From assembly GCA_033442325.1 (NCBI GenBank), contig JAWQFM010000031.1, forward strand, positions 531,497 through 595,496: a stretch of DNA of 64,000 nt, in the 5' to 3' direction. The DNA comes from Salpingoeca rosetta (Eukaryota > Protista > Choanoflagellata). A program made the position numbers and the translations under genes. Below the pieces are notes generated by a model, which searched no databases, was not told where the DNA came from, and saw only the letters and a list, made by a program, of their open reading frames with translations. Below, piece by piece: positions 12,596 to 25,054 of this stretch. Each line of letters opens with the position of its first letter. Position 1 is the stretch's first letter.

Positions 12596-13295
12596 TTGCT
12601 GCAAAGCGGGTGAAGCAGTCTGGAAGAATAAGCACGAGCGAGCCGCCCTGCCGAAGGGCACGCAGCGCAACAAGCAGCTGGTCAATCAGCGTCGGCTTGC
12701 AGTGGTTGTCTGTGACGTCGTTGCCGTCGCCATAGACCATGTCCGCGTGGTCAAGATGGATGCCGCACAGGGCAATGTCAATCGACCCATCAGGGAGAGA
12801 TGTCGTGGTGGCCGGCGCGCGGCTCATAGGGAACGGACACACAACAGTTGCTGCTGACGACGACGCAGAGGACGCGCTCGTGGCGGACGTTGTTGTGCTA
12901 TCACCACCACCACCACCACCACTGGTGCTGCTGCTGCTGTCGGGGGATGGGGCGTCAGCGTCGGTGCTGGGTTTGCTCTCATCGCTCGTCTCACCGTCAC
13001 CACTGTCCTCATGTTGCTGTTGCTGCTGCTGCTCGTTGCTGTGCGTGCCACCCACATCACCAGCAGTTAGCGCAGGGTCGCTCGTGATTGCATCGGTAGT
13101 GATCGCGTGCACGGCCTCGCACCGCTCCTCCAACAGCTGCACATACGGCACCAACGACGCGTGCAGCACGCAGCAGCGCAGCGGTGCCTGATCGAGCCAT
13201 TCAGGGAGGTGTGAGTGAGTGAGTGAGTGAGTGGGTGGCTGGCTGGGTGAAGGATACGCTTGACGAGATGCACAGAGTCAGCAGGAACCTAAAAG

Positions 13296-13367
<72 letters not shown>

Positions 13368-14526
13368 CACACACACACATTTGCATGCACACCTTCTTGT
13401 CCTTGACATCGTCTTCATCTGGCAGCAGGTGTGTGATGGCGGCGAGGTGGGCCAGCTCCAAGTACGCCACGGGAAACACAACGTGTGGTCGTTGTTCCTT
13501 CAGCAGCGCCGCTGCCGCATTGGCAACAACCCCGCACTTGAGCCCCACGCGCGCGTGTGCGTGTGTGCGGACGAGTGCGGCGACGCGTCGGGTTGCATCA
13601 CGTCGCTGCTCCTGCAGATCAATGACGACGTCCTGGCGAGAGAACTTGGAGCAGAGAATGGTGCGCAGTGGGGCACCGTGCACAATCTCCCATCCAGACA
13701 CATCCTCGTCGCTCAGCGGTGGCGGGAGTGATGTTGATGATGAGGCTGATGTTGATGTTGATGTTGATGATGACGAGCGGTGGTGCGTGTCGTATCCGCC
13801 GCTGCCGCGATCGTGCTGGTGCGGTGCACGCAGGACGAGCCAGTCGGCGTCCGTGGGCTCGCCGTCGTTGTCATCAAACCACGGGCTGCCCTCCATCCCC
13901 TCCTCAACGCCGAGCAGCCGGTGCGCGGAAAAGCCGAGACCGCCGCGCCCATCGCGCATCTCCGTGGCAATTGGCGCGTGCCGCCCCTGCTCGTGGCGGC
14001 CGAGACCACCGCCCGTGTATCCAATCTGACGCATGAGCATCTCGCCCTTGGACATCGCAGCGGCTGCGCGCCCACCGCCACCACCAACATCGCCGCCAGC
14101 CGTCGCTGTTGCTGTGCTGGTCGTTGGGGATGCTGCTTTTGCATCAGATGATGACGACGATGGTGGTGGTGGGGCTGCATCAGAGGTTGTGGCGCGGGTG
14201 AATGCAGGTGCAGCCGTGGCCTGGCCTGTCGTCGTTGTCGTCGTCTTCGTTGTTGTTGGTGACGACGACACGGGTGCTGCTGCGCTGCGTGCGTCCCCCT
14301 CGGCACCAACTGCAGCTGCGTCGACAATACGCGCATCACCTGTATTCTTCTTGTCGTCCTCGTCCGCCATCAGCCGCGCACGCTGTCGCGGTGGTTCGCC
14401 CGTATCCCACGCGCCATCATCGCCACCCTTGATCGCCGCCGTATTGCTGTTGCTGCTGTTGCTGCTGCTGCTGTTGTTGTTGCTGTTGTTGTTGTCTCCT
14501 CCGCGGCCACCGCTAGTGCCACTGCC

Positions 14527-14565
<39 letters not shown>

Positions 14566-15475
14566 GGCGGCCGGGGCCTGCGGGTTTGCGTCGCTGAATG
14601 CGCGTTTCTTGTGCTGCTGGTGGCGGGCGTACTTCTCCTGCCGCTCGCTCAGCGTGGCGCCGTCAATGCGCGAGCCAAACCCGCGGTGGGCGTGGCTGAC
14701 GACGGCGCTGGTGGCCCATGCGCTCACCTCGCGGTCGGACACGATGCGCTCGCGGCGGTGGATGGGCTGCGGGCGGTACGTGTCGAAGAAGCGCCGCTGC
14801 ACACCGCGCTTGCCATCCTTGATCGCCTGGTGGTGGCGGCGTCATGGTGTTTGGTGTAAGGGTTGGTGGTGGTGGCGTGGTGATTGATGGATGTTGGGGG
14901 ATGGATCCAAGTCAAGGAAGAAACAACGACAGAACGCCAGAGGAAGGATCACATTCATGCACGGCGTGCCATTGGGTGTTTGTTGTGTGGAGGAAAGGTG
15001 AATGCAAAACGGTGAGAGGGATTGTGGTGGCGAATGGTGGCGAATTGAGCGGGGTGGAAATTCGCGGGAGAAACACAAGCATGTGACATGACATGACGTG
15101 CAACGGCGCGAGGGTGGTGTTGTTGTTCATATTGGGTGATGGTGGGTGGCCCCATTCGCGTTGGGAAAATACAATGTGCCCGTGCGTAGAGTAAGGTGGT
15201 GCATGTGTGAGTGGGTGAATGCGGTGTCGGGACGTTGGACGTCCAATGCTTACGGTTTCATGCACACACACGCACACGCATACGCACAGACACAGACACA
15301 GACGCACACACACACACACACACGCGCGCGCGCACAGAACGCCATACATGCGCCCCCTCTCGTTCTGTTCTCGAACCTCGTCTTCCATGAATCCCTTTCC
15401 ATTCGTTTCAAGATCGATGTTTCGCTCAATGCAGTCCGTGAACCAGCGGCTGAATTGATCCGCAAGCTGCACCCA

Positions 15476-15519
<44 letters not shown>

Positions 15520-15613
15520 CACACACACGCACACACACACACACACACACGCACACGTAGGTGAGGTGGTGTGAGCGTATCGTGTGCCATGGGATCATCA
15601 GCGCTTGACTTTG

Positions 15614-15675
<62 letters not shown>

Positions 15676-16207
15676 AAGTCTCCCCCTCTGTTGTCTGCAT
15701 GCCATTTCACCACTATCGCCACCACTAGGGTTGTTTGCACCTGCACGACTTCGTTCACGAACGCCTGTGGCATTGCCGCCGTGTCCATCAGCGACAGCCG
15801 TCGCCCCTGAACAAACACATGCACATGTGCGGGTCATGTAAGTGGCCAGTGGTGAGGGATCGTGTAAGCAAACACAAACGCACACACGCATGTACGCAAC
15901 CACAAACGCACACACGCATGTACGCAACCACACACACAGACACACAAACAGACACAAAGACACACAGACACACAGACAGAGACACAGACAGACAGACACA
16001 CCCACCCACTCATGCATACATGCATGCCCAACACAACACCTGGCTGTCGAGGGGCAGGTCTTTGCCAGCGAATTGCAGGAGGCGCTGCAGCATCGCGTCG
16101 GAAATGCCGTGAAATCCTGGATCAATTCGACCATGGTGGAGGAGTGTGAATGAATTGCGGTTGTGTTCGCTGTACATACAGGCACGTGCACAGGCAAGCG
16201 GTAACTG

Positions 16208-16273
<66 letters not shown>

Positions 16274-18776
16274 ACAACCCATACACACACACACGCACAC
16301 ACAACACATACACACAGAACAACTCCACCTTTTGCCACGATGTAAGTCTCTGCGTTGCTTGCGCGGCTGCAGGCGGGCTTTGTGACCCAGACCTCGTCAA
16401 AGAGCGAGCGCAGAAGATACAGCAGCGCAATTGTCGGATGCTCAAACAGCGTAAACATCTTCAGCACCATCGCCCCACCTGTATCACAAGCGTGCCAGCC
16501 ACCGCACGTGTGTGAGCGTTTGCGACACACACACATGTCAACACACATACTCGCACACATAATCACACACATACACACAATTACGCATATGCACACACCT
16601 TGATCGAGGCAGCCAAGGCCAGCCACAGCCTCGCAGTAGTGCAGCTGGGCAACTATCATCTCCTGCTCGTTCGGGTCGTGCTGGCAGTCCACACTGCCAT
16701 CTGCGGTGAACAGCAGCACGGGGGCGTCAAGTGCACGTGCGCGCGCCCACAGGCCGCTAATGTTGGCGCGGTGGCGGATGTCGCCCGTGTCGTCCGCGCC
16801 AAAGTACCACCGAGGCAGTGTTGCAGAGATGAACTGGCACACGCACGCACATGCGTCAAGGTGTGTTTGATGTGTGTGTGTCATGTGTGTGCGTATCATG
16901 TGTGTGCGTGTCATGTGTTGGTCATGTGTGTCGATCATGTGAGTGTGTGTTTCAAGGGTGAGCGCATATGGTTGAATCGAGTGAAAGTACATGAGTCAAC
17001 AAGCAAACTGCACAAACAACAACAAACAATCGACAGAACGACCAAAGCAAACGGAAAATTCGGCGTGCACAGGGGGACGTAAGAAGAGGAAGAGAGGGTG
17101 GTCGTGTGTGGATGAACGGCCACGTGACGGGTCTCATATTGGGTGGTGAGGTGCAAATGTTGAGCACCCTCAACAATTGGCACACACACACACTGACACA
17201 CACACACACACACTGACACACACACACACAAACACACGAGCACAGATGGATGACCAAATACAGCCTCATGCATATTGGATATCATGCCACCACCACCACC
17301 ACCACCACCACCACTCCCACCATCGCCCATCCCAACGCTGATGGCATGCACAGCAGCCGCAACTCACATCATCCGACTCCACCATGGCTGTGGGGTCGTT
17401 CTGCTCGTGGTACGGGTTGAGGGAGTTGCCGATCCACCGCCACTGGTCTCTGGCCGGGTCGTCTGCCTTTGGGATATGGCGACGCGTGCGCAGGAAGTGG
17501 TTGGTGGCGGTGATGAACCCACCAGGCGCTTCGCACGCGTGCACACTCGCCACCCTTGCATGCATGCAAACGTGTGCGTGTGTGTGTGTGTGTGTAAAGT
17601 AAGCAACAGGGGAACAGGCGCAGCGAATTTCGAATCTAACCATACCCACACAACGACGCCGTCTTGTCTCACTTCTCGAGTCACTAGCGCCAACGCCACC
17701 AAAACACTACCACACACATGCAAATACATGCGCCCGTGCGTGAGCGTTGTTTTAGGCTACCTGTCATCTCTGGACACGTCGAGAAGCTGAAAGTGCTCGA
17801 GCAACTCGTACATCTTTGCCCAAGCGTTGGTGCACAGCTCTGGGTTGCATTGCTTTCGCAGCGCATGCAGAACGATGCCGGTCGGGTTGGTGAAGCGAGT
17901 GAGCTTCTTCCACATGTCAATCGCCTTGTTGTCAAGCTTGCTGCGCACATCGCCCGTGCGTTGCTTGAGCACTTGCATCTCTACACGTATCAGGTCGGGT
18001 GCATTCGTGGGGTGGTGGTTTGGGTTGTGTTTGGACCGAAATGTTTGCATGAGTCAATGGCAAACGCCTTTGTGCTTCAATGAGTACCTCAACATCTAAA
18101 GCTCATCTCAGCACCAATTGGAGTGTTTCACCCAACCAATCAGCCATTCATGCAAACAACACACACACACACACACATTCGCACCTGGAAGAATTGGGCC
18201 TTCAATGGACGCAAATAGGTCGTCAGTAGTTGGGGCCTTGTCGCATGGTGTTTGCACCTGCACAAACTTGTCAAAGAGGTTGCCGTAGCCAACCAAAGCA
18301 CGCTCACGCGCACGCTCCCAGGCTTCTCCGTCACGGGACGGTCCGCGGTTGCGCGACCTGAATGAGTCTCCTCTCGAGTCCCTCCGTCCACCCCAGCGTC
18401 CCTGATGGTTTTGCTGGTGGTGATACCGACCACCGCCATCGCGTGCATGCGGCGGTGTTGGCAGCAACGACGAGCTGCCACCAACAGGCGGCCCGAGGCG
18501 CGAGGTGATCAGCGGTGATGGTGCACCGGAAATGAGCGGCTGGCGATCGGGTGCGTTGGAAGGTGGCGCAGATCCCGGTGGTGGCGGTCCCAGCCTTTGG
18601 GAAATGGGCACGCGATCGCGGGGCTCGTGGTGGCGGTGATGGCGGTGATGGCGGTGGTCGTCGTGATGCCTGCGGTGCTGCTGACCTCGATCGTCATACC
18701 CCCTTCTTCGATCGCCATAGCGACGGTCATCATAGCGGCGACCACCGTGCGATCGCCGATCGTGCCGATGGCTCAT
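12592..18776 (-). CDS. CMTR2: Cap-specific mRNA (nucleoside-2'-O)-methyltransferase 2 (FTSJD1) with internal G-patch; 3' end uncertain
   Basis: ATG 18776. Spliced exons give [94 protein letters not shown], with the K-D-K-E tetrad intact. A degenerate second RrmJ-like domain follows ([27 protein letters not shown]). Confidence 0.9.
13930..14055 (-). other. G-patch domain within the CMTR2 coding sequence
   Basis: [37 protein letters not shown] fits the G-patch consensus. It is in the same exon (13393-14826) as the CMTR2 linker [10 protein letters not shown]. Confidence 0.9.
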
Positions 18777-18783
18777 CCTCGTT

Positions 18784-18871
<88 letters not shown>

Positions 18872-19101
18872 TGTGTGTGTATGGTTGTGCGCTCTGCTGT
18901 GGTTGTCGTTGTCTCCCTGTGTGGTAAAAGCGAAAAGTGCTGAATCAGCAGTTCCTTCTGTGTTTTGTTTTGTGTGTGTCGCACACCAGCCAACACAACC
19001 ACACAACCAAGCGCACTGTCCGCAGATGTCGCCACTTTCCCTCCCACTCTCCCCAACACAAACAAAACACCACTCTCCCCAATACCAGGACTGCTTTCAA
19101 G

Positions 19102-20683
19102 ATGGACGGGAACTGGCGCACTGGTGCACCCATGGCTTCGCCGGCGCGTGGCCGCCAGCCGCGACGTGGTGGAGGCCGTGGCCGTGGTGGTGGCCACGGC
19201 TATGGAGGGCGAACTGACACCTCCGGACAGGCGACGACAAGTGAGGGCCGCCGCTACGACCGCACGTCTTCTTCGACGCAGCAGACTCGAGACAATGGAT
19301 TTTCACGGGATGGCCGCGTTGACTCTGGACGCAGCCGTGGTGCACGCCGATCTGACGAGGTACCGCAACAACCACCACGCGATGGAGGGCGTGATCGCCG
19401 ATATGGCGGTGGACAAGGACGAGGCGGTGGACAAGGACGAGGCGGTGGAAAGCCGTCCGGTTGGTCACCCCAGAAAACGAAGAAGTTTGGGATTGTGCCA
19501 TGGATTCGCATTCGTGGGCAGTGGCTGTGCCTGCTTCAAGTGAGCTTCTCGGCAGTGGAACTCAACTTCAAGTTTGATCCCTTGCGCGGGGAGGCGCGCG
19601 GCAAGGAGACCTGGCAGCAGACGGCTGCCCGCGAGGTCCTGGAGGAGTCATGCCACGTGTTTGACTTTGGGGACGTTGCCGCTGACCTGCCCAAGTCGAC
19701 ATTTGTTGGTGGGCTGTATCACGTGGAGATCACCCCGGAGAGTGGCAAGATCGAAGACGAATGGACAAACATGCTGGACGCCTACACGAAGAACCGCCGC
19801 AGCATCGAGAACGCGCTGAAAGCCGGCAAGTCGTGGGCACGCAAGGAGTGCCTCGAGTGCGAAGCCATTGGGTGGATTGACCCCCATCTCAACGACGACG
19901 CCCTCCCATATCGTCGCGCGGGGCAGGTGCTACGCAACGTGGCCAGGTTTCATGATCACGACGCGATGCCAAAAGTTCGCATGCAACGCCGCAACTTCAA
20001 GAAGCGTGGGACAACCACGTGGCGTGCTCTCGACTGCAAGCCTGCGCTGAGGGGCAACTGGGATGTGCCTGATACTTCGCGCGAACCCGTCACCGCCGTG
20101 CTCAGCGCCCACGACCACATCGGCAAGACGAGGTACTGGCATCAGCTTGGTCGCAAGGCCTTTTGCTACCCCGAGGATTTCAGCACCGAGGAGCAGTTTT
20201 CCAAGGTTGGTGCAAGCCCTTTTCTTCAGACCGTTGTTGGGGTGCTTTTCTGTGTGAACGTGATGTTGTGGAGGGAGCATTGTTGTGGGGCATCACTGAC
20301 AAGAGGCATTTGTTCACATGCCATTCCCCTCCGTGCGTGTGTGATTGTTTGTGCTGCAGAACCTGACCAAGGTGCTGCGGGTGCAGAAGGAGTTTGATGC
20401 CGCCGATGTGCGCACGTGGCTTCGCCAGTACTGCGAGGCAGGCGTTGCTGTGACCGACGCGGAGGTGCGCAAGCAGACCGACCCGCCTGCATCGCTGCCA
20501 CCAAACCCTGGAGCGCTGGAGGACTCGACGTCGTCGACAACACCGCCGTCGCCACCGGCACCGCACGTGCACGTGCCGCGTGGTGGTGCTGGCGAGAAGG
20601 ACGAGGAGAGCAGCCTGGCAGACAGTGCCATCGAGTCACAGCCTGATCAATTGGGATTTGAAAAGCTACAAATCAGTGACTAG
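19102..20683 (+). CDS. Nudix hydrolase with RGG-rich N-terminus (exons 19102-20205, 20360-20683)
   Basis: Nudix box G-EARGK-E-TWQQTAA-REVLEES at 19588-19650 fits GX5EX7REUXEE, with the final G replaced by C. It is preceded by strands FGIVPW/WLCLLQ and by N-terminal RGG/GRGG repeats. The intron is GT-AG, phase 0. Confidence 0.78.
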
Positions 20684-20750
20684 ATGGAGTCACATTCCTG
20701 TCATGTCACATCACACCACGCGCCGCACGTGTGCGTGCGTGTGTGCGTGC

Positions 20751-20814
<64 letters not shown>

Positions 20815-21722
20815 AAGCTTGTTCACGTGTACGTGTCTCGCTGCGCTTTAACGCGTGTGCGTACGTGCGTCACCTCGTTGCGCGCGTTGCTGCTCCCTGC
20901 TGGGATTGCACTCGCGCCATACTGTCGCTTACATCTGTTGCCTTTGTTACTTTCTTGACGTTTTGTTCTCTTCTGTTCCCCGCGCGTGTGCACCTTTTGT
21001 TCTGTTGTGCTTGCGTTACACTGTTGTGCGTTGTCTGGTGACTTACACTGTGTCCTTGCATTGTTCACTCCCTCGTGTTATCTCACGTGCGTTGCAGTTC
21101 ATCGCTGCCACGCGTGCGGTGCGTATGCCTGTGCCTTTTGTGCTCGATCGTTTGTTCACGCATTTCCTCCCACCGCATCCGAGCTTTCGTGACGTGCCTC
21201 CCTCCAATCACCAATACAAGATCATCAAACGACACACAAGATGGATTGTGTGGGTGGTGCCTCGTACCCTATTCTGTTGAGGTGCTGGCACATACGTGAC
21301 TGGCTGCGTTTCCTGTGAAACGAACATCAAAAGCATGTGCGTGCAACGAGGGGCACCAGCGGAGCGTGAAAGTACAGAAGTGGGGCGCATGTGCGTGTGC
21401 CAGTCCATTTGTCACTGTCTGCTTGGTCGCTGTCTGCTTGGTCTGCGTGCTGCAGTCGTGCAGCAATGTCTGTCTCGATGAATGTGGCCGCATTCGATGC
21501 AGGTGTAACTGGCTGCTCATGCATGTGTTTGGCTACAACTTTTCTTACATCCCCATCAAATCGCCACTGTTTGTTCTCCGCTTTGGCGCACTGCCAAGAA
21601 GGACACACGCACATTTCCCCCTGCTTGCTGTGTCAAATCTCCTTGCTCGCACCCTTGCCGCGTGTTGCTGGTGGCCTCACGTTGGCTGTTGGCTGTTGGC
21701 TGTTGGCTGTTGTTGGGTGCGT

Positions 21723-21772
<50 letters not shown>

Positions 21773-21779
21773 CGGCGAG

Positions 21780-22633
21780 ATGGTGGTGTTTCGGCGGGTG
21801 GTGCTGATGGCTGCTGCGGCGCAGGCGCTTCCGGCGATATGGCTGGCTACATTGCAAGTGGAGCAGGGCATCTCACCGCTGGCACTGCTCAAGTTCTTGT
21901 TCACGCACGATCAACGGCTAGACCTTGCCATGACCATCTTGTCCAACGGATCGTCCTTCTTCACCTTTGTGAGTGCGTGCGTGTGTGTGTTTGTGTGTGC
22001 GGTTGCTGGTGGTCGTTTGATCTCCCAGGCAGCGTTGCGGCCTCTGCCGTCATTCCTTGCAACTGTATGTTACCGACCCGCGTTTTCTCCCCCTCCTTGC
22101 ACGACAGATGACCATCTGCACAATCAACGCGCTGCTATGTGCGCTGGCGCTGTTGCTGGAAAAGATTGTCTTCACGCGCCTCCGAGCCACAGAGTTGCAG
22201 GTGTGTGAGTGTGTGTGTGTGTTTGTGCATCTTTGTGTGTGTGTGTGTGCATCTTTGTGTGTATGAATGTGTATGAACGTGTGTGAATGCTCTCAGTGTC
22301 GGATTTCGACTCTCACACACACACACACACACTGTCCATCGCTCGCTACCAATCTCTCCTTCTCCCTCACTCACACGTGTCCTGTCTGCCTGCCCTCTCC
22401 TTACCGCAACCATGACACCCCCCCCCCAAATATGCAATCAGCTGTCGTTCCAATCAAGCGTCAACTTTGTGATTCTGCGCGCGATGGCGATTCATGCGGG
22501 CGTCAGTCTCCACGAGCACGATGATCAAGCGTGGCACTGGCTCTTCTGGGCCATTGTCTGCGGCTGGGGCACCGCCCTCCAGGCCATGAGCCACGCCCGC
22601 CTCACCTACGTACGCGTGCGTGTGTGCGTGTAC

Positions 22634-22699
<66 letters not shown>

Positions 22700-24951
22700 G
22701 TGTGTGTGTGCGTGTGTGTGTGCGTGTGTGTGTGTGCGTGTGTGTGTGTGTGTGTGTGCGTGTGTGTGTGCGTGTGTTGCGGGTAGCAGCTTGATCGTGT
22801 TTCGATGTGAACGTTGCGCTGCTTTTCCTATCCTCCACACCCCTGAACATCCACCCTTCTTCATCCCAACGCCCCAACAACCACACACAACAAAACCTCA
22901 CTCTCCTCCCCTTTCTTTCCTTCCGCCACTCTCAGCTGTTCACGTCGCCGCATGCCGATCGCGTGGCTGTGGGCAAAGTGCTGGCGGTCGTGGTGCTGGC
23001 GTGGGCAACGACGCTGCTTGTGCTGTCGTGGACGGTGGCTGGGCCCTTGCACTCTGTGCAGTGGTATCTGCTCTGGTGCTTTGATTTCCTCATGCTCACC
23101 ATCAAGTCTGCCAACACCCTCCTCACCTGGCTCTACTACCGCCAGAGCATCGTGCGTCACACGCCAGTGTGGCGTTGTGTGTTGTGTGTGTGTGTGTGTG
23201 CATGTGGTGTGTGTGTTGTGTGTGTGTGTGCACACTGAAACCACGCTGCGACATGCTTGCCCCCCCCCCCCCCCTGTTTACCTTACCCACCCTTGCCCCC
23301 CCCCCAACTCTGCCAACACAAGCCAGCCACGACGACGTGCGAGGGCCACGTGGTTGAGGAGCGGCGGTACCACTCGTCGCTGGTCATCGGGCTGCTGCTC
23401 CTCCTCCTCCGCTTCCTCCTCTGCTCCTCCGTCCTCGCCATCAACGACTTTGCCATCGGACCCATCAACATCGTCGCCTTCTTTCAGTGCAAGTGCGTGC
23501 GTATGTGCGTGCGTATGTGTGTGTGTGCATGTGTGCGCATGTGTGTGTGTGCGTGTATGTGCGTGTATTTGCGTATGTGTGTGTTCTTGTGTGTATGTGT
23601 GTGTATGTGCGTATGTGTATGTGCGTATGCGTATGTGTGTGTGTTCTTGTGTGTATGTGTGTGTATGTGATCGCTGTCATACTTTGTGTGGTCGTTGTCA
23701 TACCTCACGTCATCCATTTATTGCCTCATGATCGCTGATCCTGTGTTGCGCTTTGTTGTGGGCTCACATCTTTCCCTTGATTCAACAACACCTGCTCACC
23801 TCTTTCATCAACACTGCCACGGCCATCATCACAACAGGGGCATCGTGCAGAGCGCACAGGCGCGCCTCAAGGCCCACGGCCAATACCTCTTGTATGTTTC
23901 CTGACCAGCAACATGGCACGCTGCTCTGTTGCTTCTTGCTCATTCTTTCGCAAGCATCCATGTGTGTGTGTGCATGAGTGGTGTTGACCGTGTAGACGCA
24001 CTCACGAGCACGATTTGCAACCCTTCATCCCCCTTCACCACACTGCCCACCCATTCACCTCAATTTTCAACCCTTCACCATGCTTCATCACCACTCTCGT
24101 CCCCGTCACCCCCACAGGGCGACGCGGCGGCTGGAGCAGATGTTCAGCGTCATGAGCGCATCGCTCATCCCCGAACACACGCGCACGGCCGGATGCCCCA
24201 TCTGCCGCGATGACTTTGGCGACGACGCGTGCTCCCTCCCGTGCAGACACGCCTTCCACCAGGTGCATTTGGTGTGACGGGTGTGTGTTTGTTGTGTGTA
24301 TGTTGCGCGCGTGCGCGCGTGTGTGAGTGCACAATGACACCTGCTCTGCACATGCTTGGTTGCTTGGTTGCTCGTCTGATGGAAGGTGATGTTTGCGTAT
24401 CATTACGCAGCCTCTCACACAACACACACACAACACACACACACACACACACACACTGACACGCACACACAATGCCAGATGTGCATCACGCGGTGGCTGC
24501 AGCAACAGCCGTCGTGTCCAACGTGTCGCCTGCAGCTCGACACTGCAGCCACACACGCGAACCACAATCGCACTCCGACAACACCCATCGCCTCCACCAC
24601 ACCGGCCGCATCAGCCGGGGACAGCGGCGGTGTCAGCAACGCGGATACAGCGAGTAGCGGGCCATCACCACCTTCCCACCACCAGCACCACCACCACCAT
24701 CATCATCATCAACATGGTTACACGCGGCGACGGAGGAGGCGGAGCGTTGTTGCTGCGGTGCTTGACACGCTCGCCGCCGCTGCCGCCATTCGCATTCTGC
24801 CCGCGCTCGCACACGTTCTTCGCGGGCCACGACAGCAGCAACACCATGATGGCCGTGCTGATAACGATGATAACGATTATGGTGATGGTGGTGATGGGTT
24901 CTGGGCGTTTAACCAGGACGACCTGGAGGCGGAGGTGAGACACGCGGCGTG

Positions 24952-24996
<45 letters not shown>

Positions 24997-24999
24997 ATG

Positions 25000-25054
<55 letters not shown>

